42,466 nt of DNA from the NCBI GenBank assembly GCA_010015585.1, contig ML975159.1. One strand, given 5' to 3'. The notes under the pieces were generated by a model. The model worked only from the letters and a program-made list of their open reading frames with translations, made no database searches and was not told the DNA's origin. This stretch comes from Eremomyces bilateralis CBS 781.70 (lineage: Eukaryota). Both the position numbers and the translations under genes were made by a program. Positions 25,649 through 38,347 of this stretch are shown piece after piece (the stretch's first letter is position 1; the number at the start of each line of letters is the position of its first letter).

Positions 25649-28600
25649 TCACAAATTCCCAATGACAACCATAAACCGCAACTTCCCCTCCCTCCTCCTC
25701 TTCTCTGCCCCTTGCCCAAACGACCCCTCCTCCTCCCCACTCACCGCGCCCTCCCCACCCCCAATCAACCCTTCATCCAACATCAACGTGCTGCTCTTCC
25801 ATCCCCAGCTCTGGCTAAAGTTGAAGCGATCGGGCGCCGACTCGTAGACGGAGAGGAGTCGACCGCCTTTGGACGGCGAGTAGATCTTGAAGTACGTGCG
25901 GATTGTGGGGCGCATGTCGGTGTATGGTGGGACGGTTGCGACGAAGGTGGGTTGGCGGGAGGAATTGTTGCGGGAGATGGAGGCGCGGGCGAGGGTGGGC
26001 GAGGGACTTTGAGAGTTGGGCTGGATGGTGGTTGCGGAGAGGCCTTGTGGTAGGGGAAGCTGCGGAGCGGTGTTGGCGGAGCGAGGGTAGTTGGAACTAG
26101 CATCGGCATCGTTATCGGAGTCGGAATCGGAGGGAATGTCGAACACAGGAGTGTAGTGTTGTAGGACTGACGACTGGCGAGCTCGGTAAGAGTTATGTGT
26201 GTTGCCTCCTGGTCGATAATTGGAGAACCAGTTATATGATCGAGAGGTGTTGGCATCCACGTCGCCGCCACTTCCACTGGTGTCTTCTTCAGCGGCATTG
26301 TCTGTCGCTAATCCACCCAGAGGTCGATCTCGGTCTCGGTCTCGCGCTACTCGTCGTCTATCACCGCGAAGGAGCATTTCTCGCTCTAGCTGTCCAATTC
26401 GCTCGTCCACGCTTGCGGGTATGCTGTTGGAGAGATTGGCCGCTAGACCTGGGCCGGACAGCGCTTCCTCGACTTCACGTTCCTTCGCACGGTGGAGATA
26501 GACTCCCAGTTGCGGGTGCTTGGAACTTCGGACTTTTTGGATATAGATGTTCCACAAGCTGCCCGCGTAAAAAACTGTCCTCGAGTAAACCCGCTTCTTC
26601 TCTTTGAGGAGGCGCGGGTTTGGGAACTCGACTGCGAATCGGAATGGTGGGCAATGCGAGTAAGCAATTGGCTTTGGTTGGGTTGTTCCGCCTGCACTGT
26701 CCGACGGTTGTGGTCGCGTTGCGTTGCTTGATGACCTGGCTAATCCCTCAGTGATATTTCCGGGTGATGATGCAAAGTCAGTGGCCCATGGAGCATCCTC
26801 TGGCTGTATCGTCACAGAAATCTGGGAAGCATGATTGGAAAGGGCTGCGGATGTTTGTATGACCGGCTCGGCATTGCCTCCCATGACGATGTTGCAGTCA
26901 GCCGAAGGAATCCAAAACTTTCGGGGTCGCGCAGTTGAGTCCCACGAGCCAGACCCCATCTCTTCCGACTTGGTTTGCGAGGGAGTTTCGTCCACTTTAC
27001 GCTTGCCTTGTGCGACGGACGAGCCATTTGCATCGTCCGTCCTTTGAGATGACACTGTTGGGGGTTTGGTCGGCTCAATCTCCGCTGGAATGCTAAGTCC
27101 TAGGTCCATGTCAAGATCGCGAGCATTCACAACTTTCTGCCGAAGCTCCATGGCCATCCAGAGCGCGTTGGTAATCACGTCTTCTGGTAGGAGCGGGAGT
27201 CCAAAAACGTCTCGGGCCCGGCGGATATGCTGCAACTGCTCGAACTCTAGGTGGACGTAATGAATGCCTTCATCAAGAAGGACAAGAAGGGGCTCGACCT
27301 CAGGATGCGTGTAGAGTGCCAGCCATTTGTCCATCCCCTCTGGACTCTGGCCTAACGATGAAATCGAGTTCTTTCGGTAGACAGGATCGAACCGGATAGC
27401 CATCAAACCGAGCGTTTCCGGAGCTCGAGATTTGTTCTTAATCTTGTCTCCCAGCCCTACCTCCGCTGCTTTTTGCTTTAATCTGCGATCAAGCAACCGT
27501 TTTGCAAGAACCCAGCGGTCCCATTCGCCGTAGACAAAACAGCCATCTCCGCCAACAATTTCCCTGACAATATCTCCGGGGATGCCATCCCAGTATCTAA
27601 GGTGCATCTCCCAGCCATCTCTGCAAAGCATGGCTTTCGCCGAAGCCAGAATCCGCTCCCCAGACCTTCCGTAGTAATTCTCCGTGACCAGTTTTATCAG
27701 CGGCGCAAGGCTCTCAACATTCATCTGCCGTAAAATCGCGTCGATGGCAGATTCGGCGAGATCTGGCATCTCTAGCCAACAGCCGGTTGCAAAGAGCCCG
27801 ATCGCTTCTGCTTCTTCCTCATTCGATATATCGCATCCGTATAGTCTCTTAAGGGCAAGCTCAAAGGCAACTTGGGTGATATTGGAGTCCATATCTTCAG
27901 GGTGCAATGTCACTTCCTTTAACGAACTTTCGATCCATGGTTCGGATAACGCCGTTGCAAAAAAAGGTGCGCGGTCGAGGAGAAGTCGATGTAGGTTGTA
28001 CTTGGTCCCGAATGCTATGACAGTGATGTCCGAATGCCGTCCACCGAGGAGCCCGCGTGTGTAGAGATGGTCTGGTAAGGAGGCCGGCTCGTAGTTTGCT
28101 AAGGGATTCAGCATTAGCTGGACGTAGGCAAATGCGATAGTAGATATATATTGGCTCACTTCTACCAAGTAAGTTCAAGTTCCCGGCACCATATTGATAT
28201 GAGCTCGTTCGACTCGATGGGTTCAGCGGAACATCCGCCGCCATTGACTTTGCCGGCGTTATTGGAGTAATTTCCTCCCTTGCATCAAACGCTCTCTGAT
28301 GGTCCACCGGGGTCGTGGGATCATCCACATCCTTCTCCGCTGCGGATATTCGAGCTGTACCGCTCGACATCGCTATTGAAGGGCTCGTCGACCGTTCCAC
28401 ATCTCTTCCGAACGCGTCAAGCGGCCTATTTGCCCGGATACTAGATGACCCTTCTCCAGGACTCGGTTCTGCATTGCTCTCGAAGAGAGAAGGGGGAAAC
28501 GTCGAGGTGGAGGAGTTGAAGATCGAAGTATGAGGCGTCGTATAAGTGTTTCTTCGGGGGGTATTGCTTGGACCGCCTGCGCCTATGGGAGTCGATGGAG

Positions 28601-28697
28601 CATGATCAGGTGGTGCTTCATGCTGCCAGATGGAATCAAAGGGGACCGATACGCCATGTGTTTGAGAAGGGTCTTGATCGAGCGGAGAGCTATCCAT
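25649..28697 (-). CDS. BTB/POZ-domain protein with C-terminal MATH-like domain, ~995 aa, 2 exons
   Basis: Exons 28697-28160 and 28098-25649 in frame. BTB segment HSDITVIAFGTKYNLHRLLLDRAPFF..ALKRLYG. C-terminal PPFRFAVEF..FYAGSLWNIYIQK..LGVYLHR..SQSWGWKS..LRFMVVIG. Confidence 0.85.
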
Positions 28698-31045
28698 CGG
28701 GGGAGAGCTGCTTGGTCGGCTGCTGTGGTTTGCTCTGTGGCACCATGTAAGAATGACCTATACCGAGCCCGCAGCTCACGATACACGCGCTTCAAATAAT
28801 ATTCACTAGCAAAAGGTTATACTAAGGTAGGAACTTCAAGCAATAAGATAATTATTCTAGACTGGAGCCACGTTGGACCGAGGGATGGTTGGAACTGGGA
28901 AAGAGAGGTCAAGAACCTGAGGTCACCGCATGCGGGGAGAACAAAGGGACCGCCACCATCTCTTGGGGGTCAACAGGAGGGCGAGATATAGAGGGCCTTG
29001 CCCATTAATAGAAACCTATGTAGTAGTAAATATAATATGTCATGGATTCGATACTGTCATTATATTCGAACCCTATTCTACTTCACCTAAATGCCAAACA
29101 CGAAATCAATTCATTTCGTCCCGTATTGTTCACAATGCCTGGCTTCATATTGTCGGAGGCCCCCGTATTGTACCCCAAACCCCGACCACCAGAGGCCTGA
29201 CATGACGCTTTTGATATCCTGTCGCCCCCACAGGTCATAAAATACCCGGTAGATTTAGATGAGCCCAGTCGGGATAGCGAACATTTTGCCCCCAGTACCC
29301 GTACCAGTACAGCCAGGCCAGAATGAAGTCCAAGTCCCACCATTCTTCGACACAGCGACAACCGCAGCCATCACAATCGCTGTGCTCAGTAGAGAGCCCC
29401 AGCGTTTGAACGAACTCAAATTCCGATGCTTGCTCCACCTTCGCAAGCGTCAATAGCATAGGGAGATACAGGTGGTGCCGGTACCGTCCCATTTTCTCTC
29501 GCGGTGATGCCAGCCACCATTTATCGCGCTTAGGGACCAGGGGTCACCATTGATATCGACGTCAACCAAGCTATCTCTGGTGTAATACTCGACGTCTCGG
29601 CTCTGAATGAGCCATGGTCCGACTCCGCGGTGGTGGTAACATGGCCTCAGCCTGGATAAGAACCGGCACCCCCGGCATATGTAGGGTTGGCAGCGGCTGC
29701 GGGAACCGAGGGTAGCGAGGTCTGCGAAGGCGAACAGTGATATAGGGGTGAAACACTTCACCGTGAGAGACCGAGGAAAGAGTGGACGGTCGAGGTCCTG
29801 GATGAATAGCAGGGAGTCCCGGAACAAGCGACAGAGTATTGACCGAGTGAGTTTCTTTCAAGGAAGAAAATCGAGCAGAAGGTGACGCGATAAATAAAGG
29901 TCAAGTGGGCCCAAACATATCTGATATGCGTCCCAGTCATCGTTATCAACCCCCTTTTAACACCTGCGCTTCCCAGTTCCCCAAAGCACACATCGGAGGA
30001 GTGCGGGATATTTATTCTACTAGGAACGTATTGATTGGACATAACAAGACTGGATAGGGGATATTAGCCGTCGTGAAGTATCTTTTGGATATGAAGGGAG
30101 AAACCGAGCGGACACAAGAAGAAACTCGTATCCATATATGGATATATTGACCGGGATTTACCACACTCGCAATCAAGTCGAGTTCGGTAACCTGCCATCG
30201 AAAGCGGCAGACTCCCAACAAATCCTCAATCGATGCTTTCCTTTCGATTTCAGTCGGAGTCTTGAGGATGTGCAACGGGGGCCTTTCAGTCGCGTATACT
30301 GGGACATGGATCTCATGTGCTGGTCAGTGTATCCATAATCCATTTCCGCGTTGAGGCATGGCTAAAGTGCTAAAACGAAAGAAATGATGTATTAAACCAA
30401 TCCAACCCAACATTAGTGGTTGGATACTGTTGAGACAAGAAAGAGAGAGGGATGAAACAAATCTGCTGATAGGGGATTACGTCAGCCAGCACTTCAAAGT
30501 CCAAGCATTCTGAGTTCAAGATCCCGCATGGCCGTCTTGTATAAGTTTACCTCTAACCTACCTTAACCTCTTATTTCTTTTTGCATATCCAGGTCATTGG
30601 ATTAACACTATTCTCTTCCTGTTAACAACTTGATCCTTCGAAATCGCATGGTGGTGGAGTACTTGAAACCTGGCACCGTCACCTACGAGCAACGCATCCA
30701 ACCGTACGATAGAAGGAAGAGCATTGTGCTAAACGACACATTTCCCGCTCCATTGCCCTTATGGTCTCCCATATTCGGATGTCCATTTCTTCAAGTCCCA
30801 GAGTTTCTGCGGCGTTCTTTCATGGTTCCATTTCTATCAATGGCGCTTTTCCAATCTAGCTATGTCGAGACAAAGAGACCCAACATGCCTCGAATGGTAC
30901 CTGACCTCAACCCGTCCATCCCGTCCCATAACTCTCTCACATCTTCTATATGATTAGTCACATAGTGACCACATGCCTTGAACCCCATCCAAACAACTTC
31001 AATCCCCAGGACCTCCAAATTGACTTCCTAAACTCACCCTCCTAG

Positions 31046-31419
31046 ATCCTCCTCCGGTTCCCAAGTCATCCAGCAAAACCGCGATCCCATCCGCCCCTCC
31101 GCCGCCAGCAATTCAGATCCGTGGCCAAGCGGCGTGCATCAGCCCTCCGCCACCGACGCCGACGCAAGGGCGTGAAAGTGCGGCCGCGGCGGGTGAATCA
31201 GGACGGCGGACGCGAGCAGATGATGGGGGTCCGCACGCTACGGTTGGAACTGGCGATTCAGATGCAGCGGGTGGCGGCACGGTTGGAGAAGATTGCGATT
31301 CGGTGGGGTTAGGGCGGGAGGATGGTGGAGAAGATCGCGATTCGGCGGAGTTAGGACGGGAGGAGAATGAAGGAGGAGGGGATATTCTTGTTCACATATT
31401 GGAGGGACCCTTTTTTTAA
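31046..31419 (+). CDS. Putative terminal exon of an orphan Pro-rich/acidic protein; upstream exons unresolved
   Basis: Stop-free frame 31024-31419 with a CCTAG acceptor at 31041-31045 (PPPVPKSSSKTAIPSAPPPPAI...GEDCDSVGLGREDGGEDRDSAELGREE..PFF*). Shows the C-to-G switch typical of real 3' exons here. No ATG in frame. Confidence 0.35.
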
Positions 31420-31528
31420 AGTAATGCAATTGGTACCGGGAATCTATGCAACAATAGGTACCTCCCCTGTGCTATCTATCCACTATGAAAAAACGCAACA
31501 CGCGTGATTGTACCGAATACCCAATGGT

Positions 31529-34500
31529 CTAGTAGACCTCCAACACGTACCTCCCATCATCCTTCAGCCGCTCAATTTCCCTCCTCGAATCCACCTTCTT
31601 CGTCCCCGCCGCCTTCGCCTCCTCCTCCACCGCCGCCTGCAACACCTCCGTCACATCTGGCACCGGCCACGTCGGCCCGCACAGGTAGAAGCTCCCCTCC
31701 TTCTGCAGATACGCCTCGCGAATCTCCGCCATCGTCTCCCGCATGCGGTCCTGGATGTAGATTTTATGCGGCTGGTCGCGCGAGAAGGCCTTGCCGATCA
31801 ACGTGATCACCCCGGCCGCCTGGTACGCCTCCCACTCCTCGCCGTACAGGTACTCCTCCCGCTGCGTGCGCGACCCCATGTACAGCAGCACCGGCCCAAT
31901 CGGCTGGCCTTCCGAGCGCTGGAGCGCCCGCTCCTGCACGAACGCGCGGAACGGCGCGAGCCCCGTGCCCAGTCCTGCCATGATGATTGGCGCCGTGCTC
32001 GAGGCCGGGAGCTTCATCACCGACGGCTTCACCGACACCACGACGGGCGCACCCACCGGCAGCGCGTTGAGGAAGCGGGTCGCCTGCCCGAAGCGGTCGC
32101 GGCCGGCGGGGTCGACCCAGCCGACGGTGACGATGAGCAGAGCCACAGAGGTCGGGGTGACGCGCTGGGATGAGGCGATGGAGTACTCGCGGCGCTTCAT
32201 GGGCGGGACAATACGGGCTAGATCGGGAAGGGGCGGGTGCGCGGATGGGAATTCCTGGAAGGTGTCGGCGAAGGTGATAGTGTCGACTTCAGCGCGACGC
32301 TTGAATTCGGCGGCGCCATCGGCGGTGCTGAGGGCGAGGAGAGAAGCTCTCTCGTTGGGGTCGGTGGCGAAGTCGGAGAGAGCTTCGTAGAATCGCTTGG
32401 GAGGGCGGCCGAAGATGTCGATGTTTTGGCGGAGTGCTTGGTAGGCGGTGCGGACTTCGTAGTGGCTGGGGTCTTCCCGCGTGGGTACCTCCACGAGATC
32501 GTCGTGGTCCAGGTTGTACCATTTCATGAATGCTGATACCTCGTCGGCGTCGTTCTCAGCGTGGATGCCGAGGGCCTCGCCGATAGCGTAGGTGAGACCG
32601 CTAGTGCCCAGGTCGAATTCGATGTGGAAGATGTTACGGTCATACCTGTCAGGAGTGAGACGACGTCGCTCCTTGACAGTGACAACGTGCGTCTTCATCG
32701 CGAGATCCGGACGGAGGGTCTTCTGAGTGCCATAGGCTTCCTTGAACAGGAGACCTTGAGCAGCCGTATGCCAGGACTTAATCGCGGTTGGCCCCTCCAC
32801 TTCTTCAACCTTGAACGGAACGAAGCTGTTGATGGTGATATCCGCAGGTTTTGCAGGAGTCTCGGGATCCAATTCGACAGCGGACCATTCTTCGGGCACG
32901 AGGAAGTCCCGGACGACTTTTGACACATCCTCCTCGAGCGGCGTGGTATCATTACCAAGATTCTGCAGAACCGACGAGTATAGGTCTGGTCGGAGAACCT
33001 TGATCACGGCAAGCAGGACGACTTGAGTCTCCATGTCCTTGTTCTCTGCAACGGCTGCGGAAGCGGCGGAGTCGATGATGCAGATATGGCTGGTTTTTGC
33101 CGCGATGGCCTTTCGGGTGGCTTCGGGTACCTTCTTCTCCACATCTTCGTCTTTGACACCAGGCAACCAAATCAGGATAGTTCCTTGGTGCTTCAGGTTG
33201 CGGACAAAGTCAAAGTCCTTCAGAAGTTTATCACTGCCCACAAAGATGCTGTCGGCGGATGTGGTGGAGCATGGTGCTTCAATCTCGGATGTCGAGCTTC
33301 GGATATCAGTGCGAACTACACCACCTTGGGCCAAGTGATCGAAAGCCGTCCTTGTTGAAATGATGCTGGAAGAATCCTGCGCCAATAGCTCCCCTAATAA
33401 GCTCGGGAGGCTGGCCGTTGCAGACCTATCCGAATCCAAGAACGAGTATTGTTTGGCTGATTCATCGACAAGCTCAATGTTGTACTCGTCGGCAGCGATT
33501 TTCGAAGGATCGATACCTGCGGACTGCTCGAATATGGCCATCTTCTGGATCAGCTCATTCAGACGAGCGGCGGTCCAAGTCTGAGAGACGTATTTCAAGT
33601 CGACCACGTCGATACCGTCGCTATGTCCGAAGAAGTTGACCGTGGCCAAAACATCGTTGAAGAGCATGGAATGCTCGTTTAAAGTGTCCATATCGCTTTC
33701 GTCCGACACCTGTCCCAGAATCGCAATCCTCTTTGCGGTTTTTGGCAATACCTCGAGGAAAGCCTCTTCAATGAACGGTCGGTACACCCTAACGTTGATA
33801 ACGCCGACCTTCTGGCCAGATCGGGAGAGCTTGGTCGCCACCTGTCGGGCGATGGAGGCTTCCGCGCTTCCGAACGTCACCAGGACGGATTCCGCGGACT
33901 CGTGCCCGAAGAATTCAAATGGCTTATATTCGGTTCCCAATTCATCGTTGAAGGCCTTCAGAACCCGGAGAACTTTGCCATCGTTATCTAAGTGGGTGGA
34001 TTCCGCGTTGCTGTATGCCTTCTTGATCGCCTGATAGTTGGTGTAAACGCCATGCTGGTCCAGGATATCGACCACGCGAGTTGTCTCACGAGCCATTGCG
34101 ACGCCGTCGAACATGTGGATCGTCGGAAGGACATCGGCGAGAAGGGTCGCCAAGAGAGCCATGTGCTGCGTCTCATAGACGGAGGTGCTGCTGACAAGAC
34201 CCAGTCCCAACTCCTCGGCGAGGCGCAACCCGGGTGTGTAGTCGGCAAACAGCTTGGTGGTCTTCCCTGCCGCCAGCTCCACAGCAGCGACATGTGCCAC
34301 GAGAGGGTTCGCGAGGGAGTAGAGGAGCGACAGCTGATCCAGGGAGGGTCGGAGCAATTCCAACGTTGCGGACGAGGCTACGATAGTCTGCGGGATATGC
34401 CTCTTGCTCAAGTCAAAGTCGTTCGAGAACATATATCCCAGAGCAATTGAGCCTGCCCCGGCCCGCGCTTGCAACTGCTGCAAGCCTGGCACAAGGTCAA

Positions 34501-34783
34501 ACGCATTCTTTTCGTTGTCCTCGTTCCATGACTTGATGGCGATGTCTAGGTCGAATGACTCGGGGGAGTATGTGAAGATCTTGTCGGAGAGCGTGTAGGC
34601 GACATGCTGAGCGAGCGTCTGGGCGGTAACATACGTCGGTCCACCGATGGTTGAGAGCGGGATGGTCCGTCCGAACGGGAGACTAGTTGACGACTGCGGC
34701 GAAGGAGTCTTCAGGACTTTGGCTAACGTCTCCGGCGAATGCAGAGGCGATGGGCCGGTGGACTGGGTATCTTGCAAATGCAT
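31529..34783 (-). CDS. MET10: Sulfite reductase [NADPH] flavoprotein (alpha) subunit, ~1084 aa, intronless
   Basis: First ATG at 34783. PFOR-like N-terminal region (GVINVRVYRPF), FAD/NADPH domain RLTPDRYDRNIFHIEFD, REYSIASS, GLGTGLAPFRAF, AFSRDQ, YLCGP, C-terminal RYVLEVY*. Confidence 0.95.
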   Translation of the reverse strand: MHLQDTQSTGPSPLHSPETLAKVLKTPSPQSSTSLPFGRTIPLSTIGGPTYVTAQTLAQHVAYTLSDKIFTYSPESFDLDIAIKSWNEDNEKNAFDLVPGLQQLQARAGAGSIALGYMFSNDFDLSKRHIPQTIVASSATLELLRPSLDQLSLLYSLANPLVAHVAAVELAAGKTTKLFADYTPGLRLAEELGLGLVSSTSVYETQHMALLATLLADVLPTIHMFDGVAMARETTRVVDILDQHGVYTNYQAIKKAYSNAESTHLDNDGKVLRVLKAFNDELGTEYKPFEFFGHESAESVLVTFGSAEASIARQVATKLSRSGQKVGVINVRVYRPFIEEAFLEVLPKTAKRIAILGQVSDESDMDTLNEHSMLFNDVLATVNFFGHSDGIDVVDLKYVSQTWTAARLNELIQKMAIFEQSAGIDPSKIAADEYNIELVDESAKQYSFLDSDRSATASLPSLLGELLAQDSSSIISTRTAFDHLAQGGVVRTDIRSSTSEIEAPCSTTSADSIFVGSDKLLKDFDFVRNLKHQGTILIWLPGVKDEDVEKKVPEATRKAIAAKTSHICIIDSAASAAVAENKDMETQVVLLAVIKVLRPDLYSSVLQNLGNDTTPLEEDVSKVVRDFLVPEEWSAVELDPETPAKPADITINSFVPFKVEEVEGPTAIKSWHTAAQGLLFKEAYGTQKTLRPDLAMKTHVVTVKERRRLTPDRYDRNIFHIEFDLGTSGLTYAIGEALGIHAENDADEVSAFMKWYNLDHDDLVEVPTREDPSHYEVRTAYQALRQNIDIFGRPPKRFYEALSDFATDPNERASLLALSTADGAAEFKRRAEVDTITFADTFQEFPSAHPPLPDLARIVPPMKRREYSIASSQRVTPTSVALLIVTVGWVDPAGRDRFGQATRFLNALPVGAPVVVSVKPSVMKLPASSTAPIIMAGLGTGLAPFRAFVQERALQRSEGQPIGPVLLYMGSRTQREEYLYGEEWEAYQAAGVITLIGKAFSRDQPHKIYIQDRMRETMAEIREAYLQKEGSFYLCGPTWPVPDVTEVLQAAVEEEAKAAGTKKVDSRREIERLKDDGRYVLEVY

Positions 34784-35147
34784 CTTGAGAACTATCGATA
34801 TGCCGATCCCGCGCTCCGATGTGCGGAATGTTCGACTTTGACAATTGAACAAAGGACCAGAGAGGATATACTCTCAAATCGGAGAGTCAATCGCTATGAA
34901 AATGAAAAAATATGATGACTTAAGAGTAATCGAGAGGAATTTACAGAGCAGAAGACGAAGCAATTGCCTCCGTACGAGAAATTGGCGTATGCATGATCAG
35001 CGACCTCGGGGACTGGCAACTTTTCTGCGCGAGTCTGGATTCTGGATGGCGTGAATAGATTAGTGGAAAGCACGCAATCCAATCTGATAATGACAGGGGC
35101 GGTTATGACAAGGGACCAGGTATGGAGATAGCCGGAGTTAGCATCTA

Positions 35148-35170
35148 TCACGTGTTGCATACCTCACGTG
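35148..35170. promoter_or_regulatory. Tandem TCACGTG (Cbf1-type bHLH) sites upstream of MET10
   Basis: TCACGTG at 35148-35154 and 35164-35170, about 365-385 bp upstream of the MET10 ATG. Confidence 0.45.
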
Positions 35171-36289
35171 CAAGGGTCCATCCTGACTCCTGTCACACCA
35201 TGGCATCCATGCGTCGATTTCACCAGTTCGTCTTCCTCAACGATGCACACGCTGTCTAGGCCAAACAAGAAGCATGTAACTCATGGAATGTGAAATGGAA
35301 TATGGAATGAATAGCCAAGGTCTGACTTGTGGTATCTTCCAACGTGCTAGACTATGACAGGATTTGTCCACCATTCTCAATTTCTCCTCGTATGGCAGTG
35401 CTGTGATAGGTGCTGTCTTCCATGCGTCAGGAGCACGGTATTCATCTGCGCTTCCCTTTATATGCACTGGAATCTGAGCAATCTGGGGACCCGCAATCCA
35501 TGGTTCTGGTGGTGGCCATCCCGTTCACGATGCTCCAGTTGCACATTGTGCTGGTGGTTCTCCGAAGCTCGATTCTCTTCGAAGGACTGGTTAGGAGAAT
35601 AGAAAAAGTTGGTAATTTAGAAGAGATTTGGCTTGGGTATCTGGCGTGGATTGCTTTGGCTGTATATAATGATCCGAGTTGGTGTTGTGCTACATATGTG
35701 GGAAGGAAAGCGAAATATCCACGAAATTGCGATTTATATATGAAAGAAACCGTGATTGGGTCAGAAATGAGTTTGTTACCGGTTGACTCCCAATTGACAG
35801 TGACATAAAACTATGACTGGATTTTCCGATTGACAATTAATAAGAGTCCTGACGGTGCCATATTGAACGTTTCCTGGTGAATACCTTAATAATACCTGAT
35901 GGTGGCTTCCGGACAGAGCAGCTTCTAGCACGTAGACTTCTGCTTAACCGCAAACATTGTACTTCCTCGTAAAGCAAATATGGCGGGCCAAAATGTCCTT
36001 AACACTTTTTTCCGAACTTGAAAGCATGCCGAGCTCGAGGGCTGCCACTTGTTATCGGATGGACGACGTTGTCATGAGTGTGGCTTGGTAGATCATGAAG
36101 TCCGACATTGTGGCTGTGCCATGCATCAATCAATGGAATCAATCGGGTCTCCTCTCGTCCGCTTTCATCTCGCTGAGTGATTTAGCGAATACCCGTTCCC
36201 CTCATCATGGACAACAGCTTATAGGACCTACCATTCCCCTTATTCTCGTTCATGCATCATAGGGTTCTTTTCTGCCTCTCCTTCGCACG

Positions 36290-38051
36290 ATGGCTGTCTT
36301 CGCCGATCTGTCCGACGACTCAGATGTCGTAGAAGGAAGTCCTGAGCCTCGATATGGTTACGGGAGAAGGATGCAGTCTTCAGCAGATGCCTCCTCCCGA
36401 GCTCCGGACGCCTCGTCCTCTGAGGTGGCCGAGTCGGTCAGAAGCAATCCCAACATCAATGGCTTCTCCGAAGCACTTGCATGTTATCCGTGAGCAATAG
36501 CCCTACCGCAGTGGTAGTGATGGATGCTTGCATCAGAAGGGTGACGAGGCCCGCCAACTAACTGCTCTATGATTTCTCTCTCGACAGGTTTGTCTCCCAG
36601 CTCGCCACGTTTGTCGACCTCAACACCCTGGACGCGCTCTCCCGAACGTGCCGCCAATTCCGCGTCAACCTTTTGCAGTTCCGCCCGCAGTTGATGGCGC
36701 AGTCGCTGCGCTGCGTGAATGAGGACGACACCATCGGATCGCGGCTCGCCGAGCGCATCATCCAATCGCGCAACGCGTGGTTCGGTCGCTCAGTCGAGTT
36801 CAACAATCGTCCCGACTCCCCGCACGCGCGACTTACCAGCGGGAAGGTCGGGCAGTGCGCCATCGATCAGGTGGGAGAATGTCGACGATGTGGAATCATC
36901 GTGTGTCGAGTATGACTCCCCCGACGTACTTACGGAATCACGACCCCTTTCCGCAAGTTTCATCCCTTGATATCTACCAACCCGGCGTGGGCATCGCTCA
37001 TCATGCCCCTCGCTCCCGTCTGCATGACCGGGATCCAGCACTCACTCATTCCTAGAATTGCACAACCAAACCACCGTTGAACAAATCCCTCCCGGAACGC
37101 CACCGCCGCATCTGCAAGCGCTGCATCAAAGCGCCGCTCCATCGCCACATGACCCTCGAGAAACCCTGGCACACCGCCGACGCCCTGGCCGATCTATTCA
37201 CCCAGACGCCCGACCCGAACGACTCCGCCAGCTCTTCCTCCTCCCGCCCCTCCTCCCTCCGCACCAACTCCACCATCCCCACCCCCTCCTCCTCCCCACC
37301 CGATCCCGACACCCTCTACCTCTCCTCCCGCCCATCCACCGCGCCGCCCAAATCCCCCAACCCACCCCCACCGCCGACCGCGAAATCCTCTCCACCATCC
37401 CCGCTCTCCCGTGTATTCACCTACTCCGCATTCCTCCGCACCCCATGCACCTGCGCGGACGCCGTGTTCCTCTGCCACGCATGCGGCATCGCCCTGCGGC
37501 AATCCGACAGCACGTACATCCGCGCGTGGAAATGGCGGACCCACTACACGACGTTCCTGGGCGGTCTGGGGACGGGGATCGGCGAGGGACACGAGGGCGT
37601 GGAGTGTGGGCGGGGCGGCGACTGTCTCGGGGCGCGGGTTGTGGAGAAGGAGGTGGAGTTGAGCGCGGAGGAGGAGGCGGCAGAGTTGGCGGGGTTGGTG
37701 ACCGAGGGGACGGTTGCGGCGGACGGGTTGGGCGCGGGGAATGGGGAAGATGGGGCGGCGTTGAGTCGGACGCCTACGGGGAGGAGTTGGGAGGGGTCGA
37801 GTTATCATGCGCAGGAGATCGAGGGGGTGGGCGGGACGGTGAAGAAGAAGGTGAAGAAGTTGGTGAGGGTTGGGTTGGTGGTGAGGGAGCATGAGGCCGT
37901 GCGAGAGCATGAGGGGGATCGGCCGGACGAGAAGAAGAGGGATATGTTGGCGGAGGAGCGGGGTGGGGAGGTGAGGAGTTGGTGCGGTTGGTGTGATCGG
38001 GTGATTTTGGGGAGGCGGGATCGGCCCCAGTGGTTCGAGTTCGACGATTGA
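36290..38051 (+). CDS. F-box-like protein with multiple Cys clusters, ~505 aa, 3 exons
   Basis: Exons 36290-36489, 36588-36909 and 37056-38051 sum to 1518 nt. F-box-like LACYPFVSQLATFVDLNTLDALSRTCRQFR. Cys clusters ECRRCGIIVCRNC, ICKRC, CTC..LCHAC, ECGRGGDC, WCGWC. Confidence 0.82.
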
Positions 38052-38347
38052 TATGAAATTTTAAGGCCTTGGGTATTTCACGAGATGCATTGATAGGCGA
38101 AGGGTACGTCAAACGTTGCATACGAATTGTTCCGCCGAACAAGTTTCGACACAAAACGGAATGATATTCCTCAGCTGGGAAAAAAACGGTCAAAACTAAC
38201 CGCTGCAGTTTGCGAAAACAACCTAGTATGAACTCTCAATTATCGATAATAACGCATTTCTATATACACGTCGATGTGGAATCCGACAGTATTAACCACT
38301 ATTGCACCATCCGGGGTGATATTGATGGTCCTTCCCCTTTGATACCT

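Noticed and set aside
34784..34852. N-terminal extensions from the ORF track's non-ATG starts (MET10 34852, HeLo-ank 25077, MFS 7348)
   Set aside because: Eukaryotic genes; the downstream ATGs give family-typical N-termini and nothing supports non-AUG initiation.
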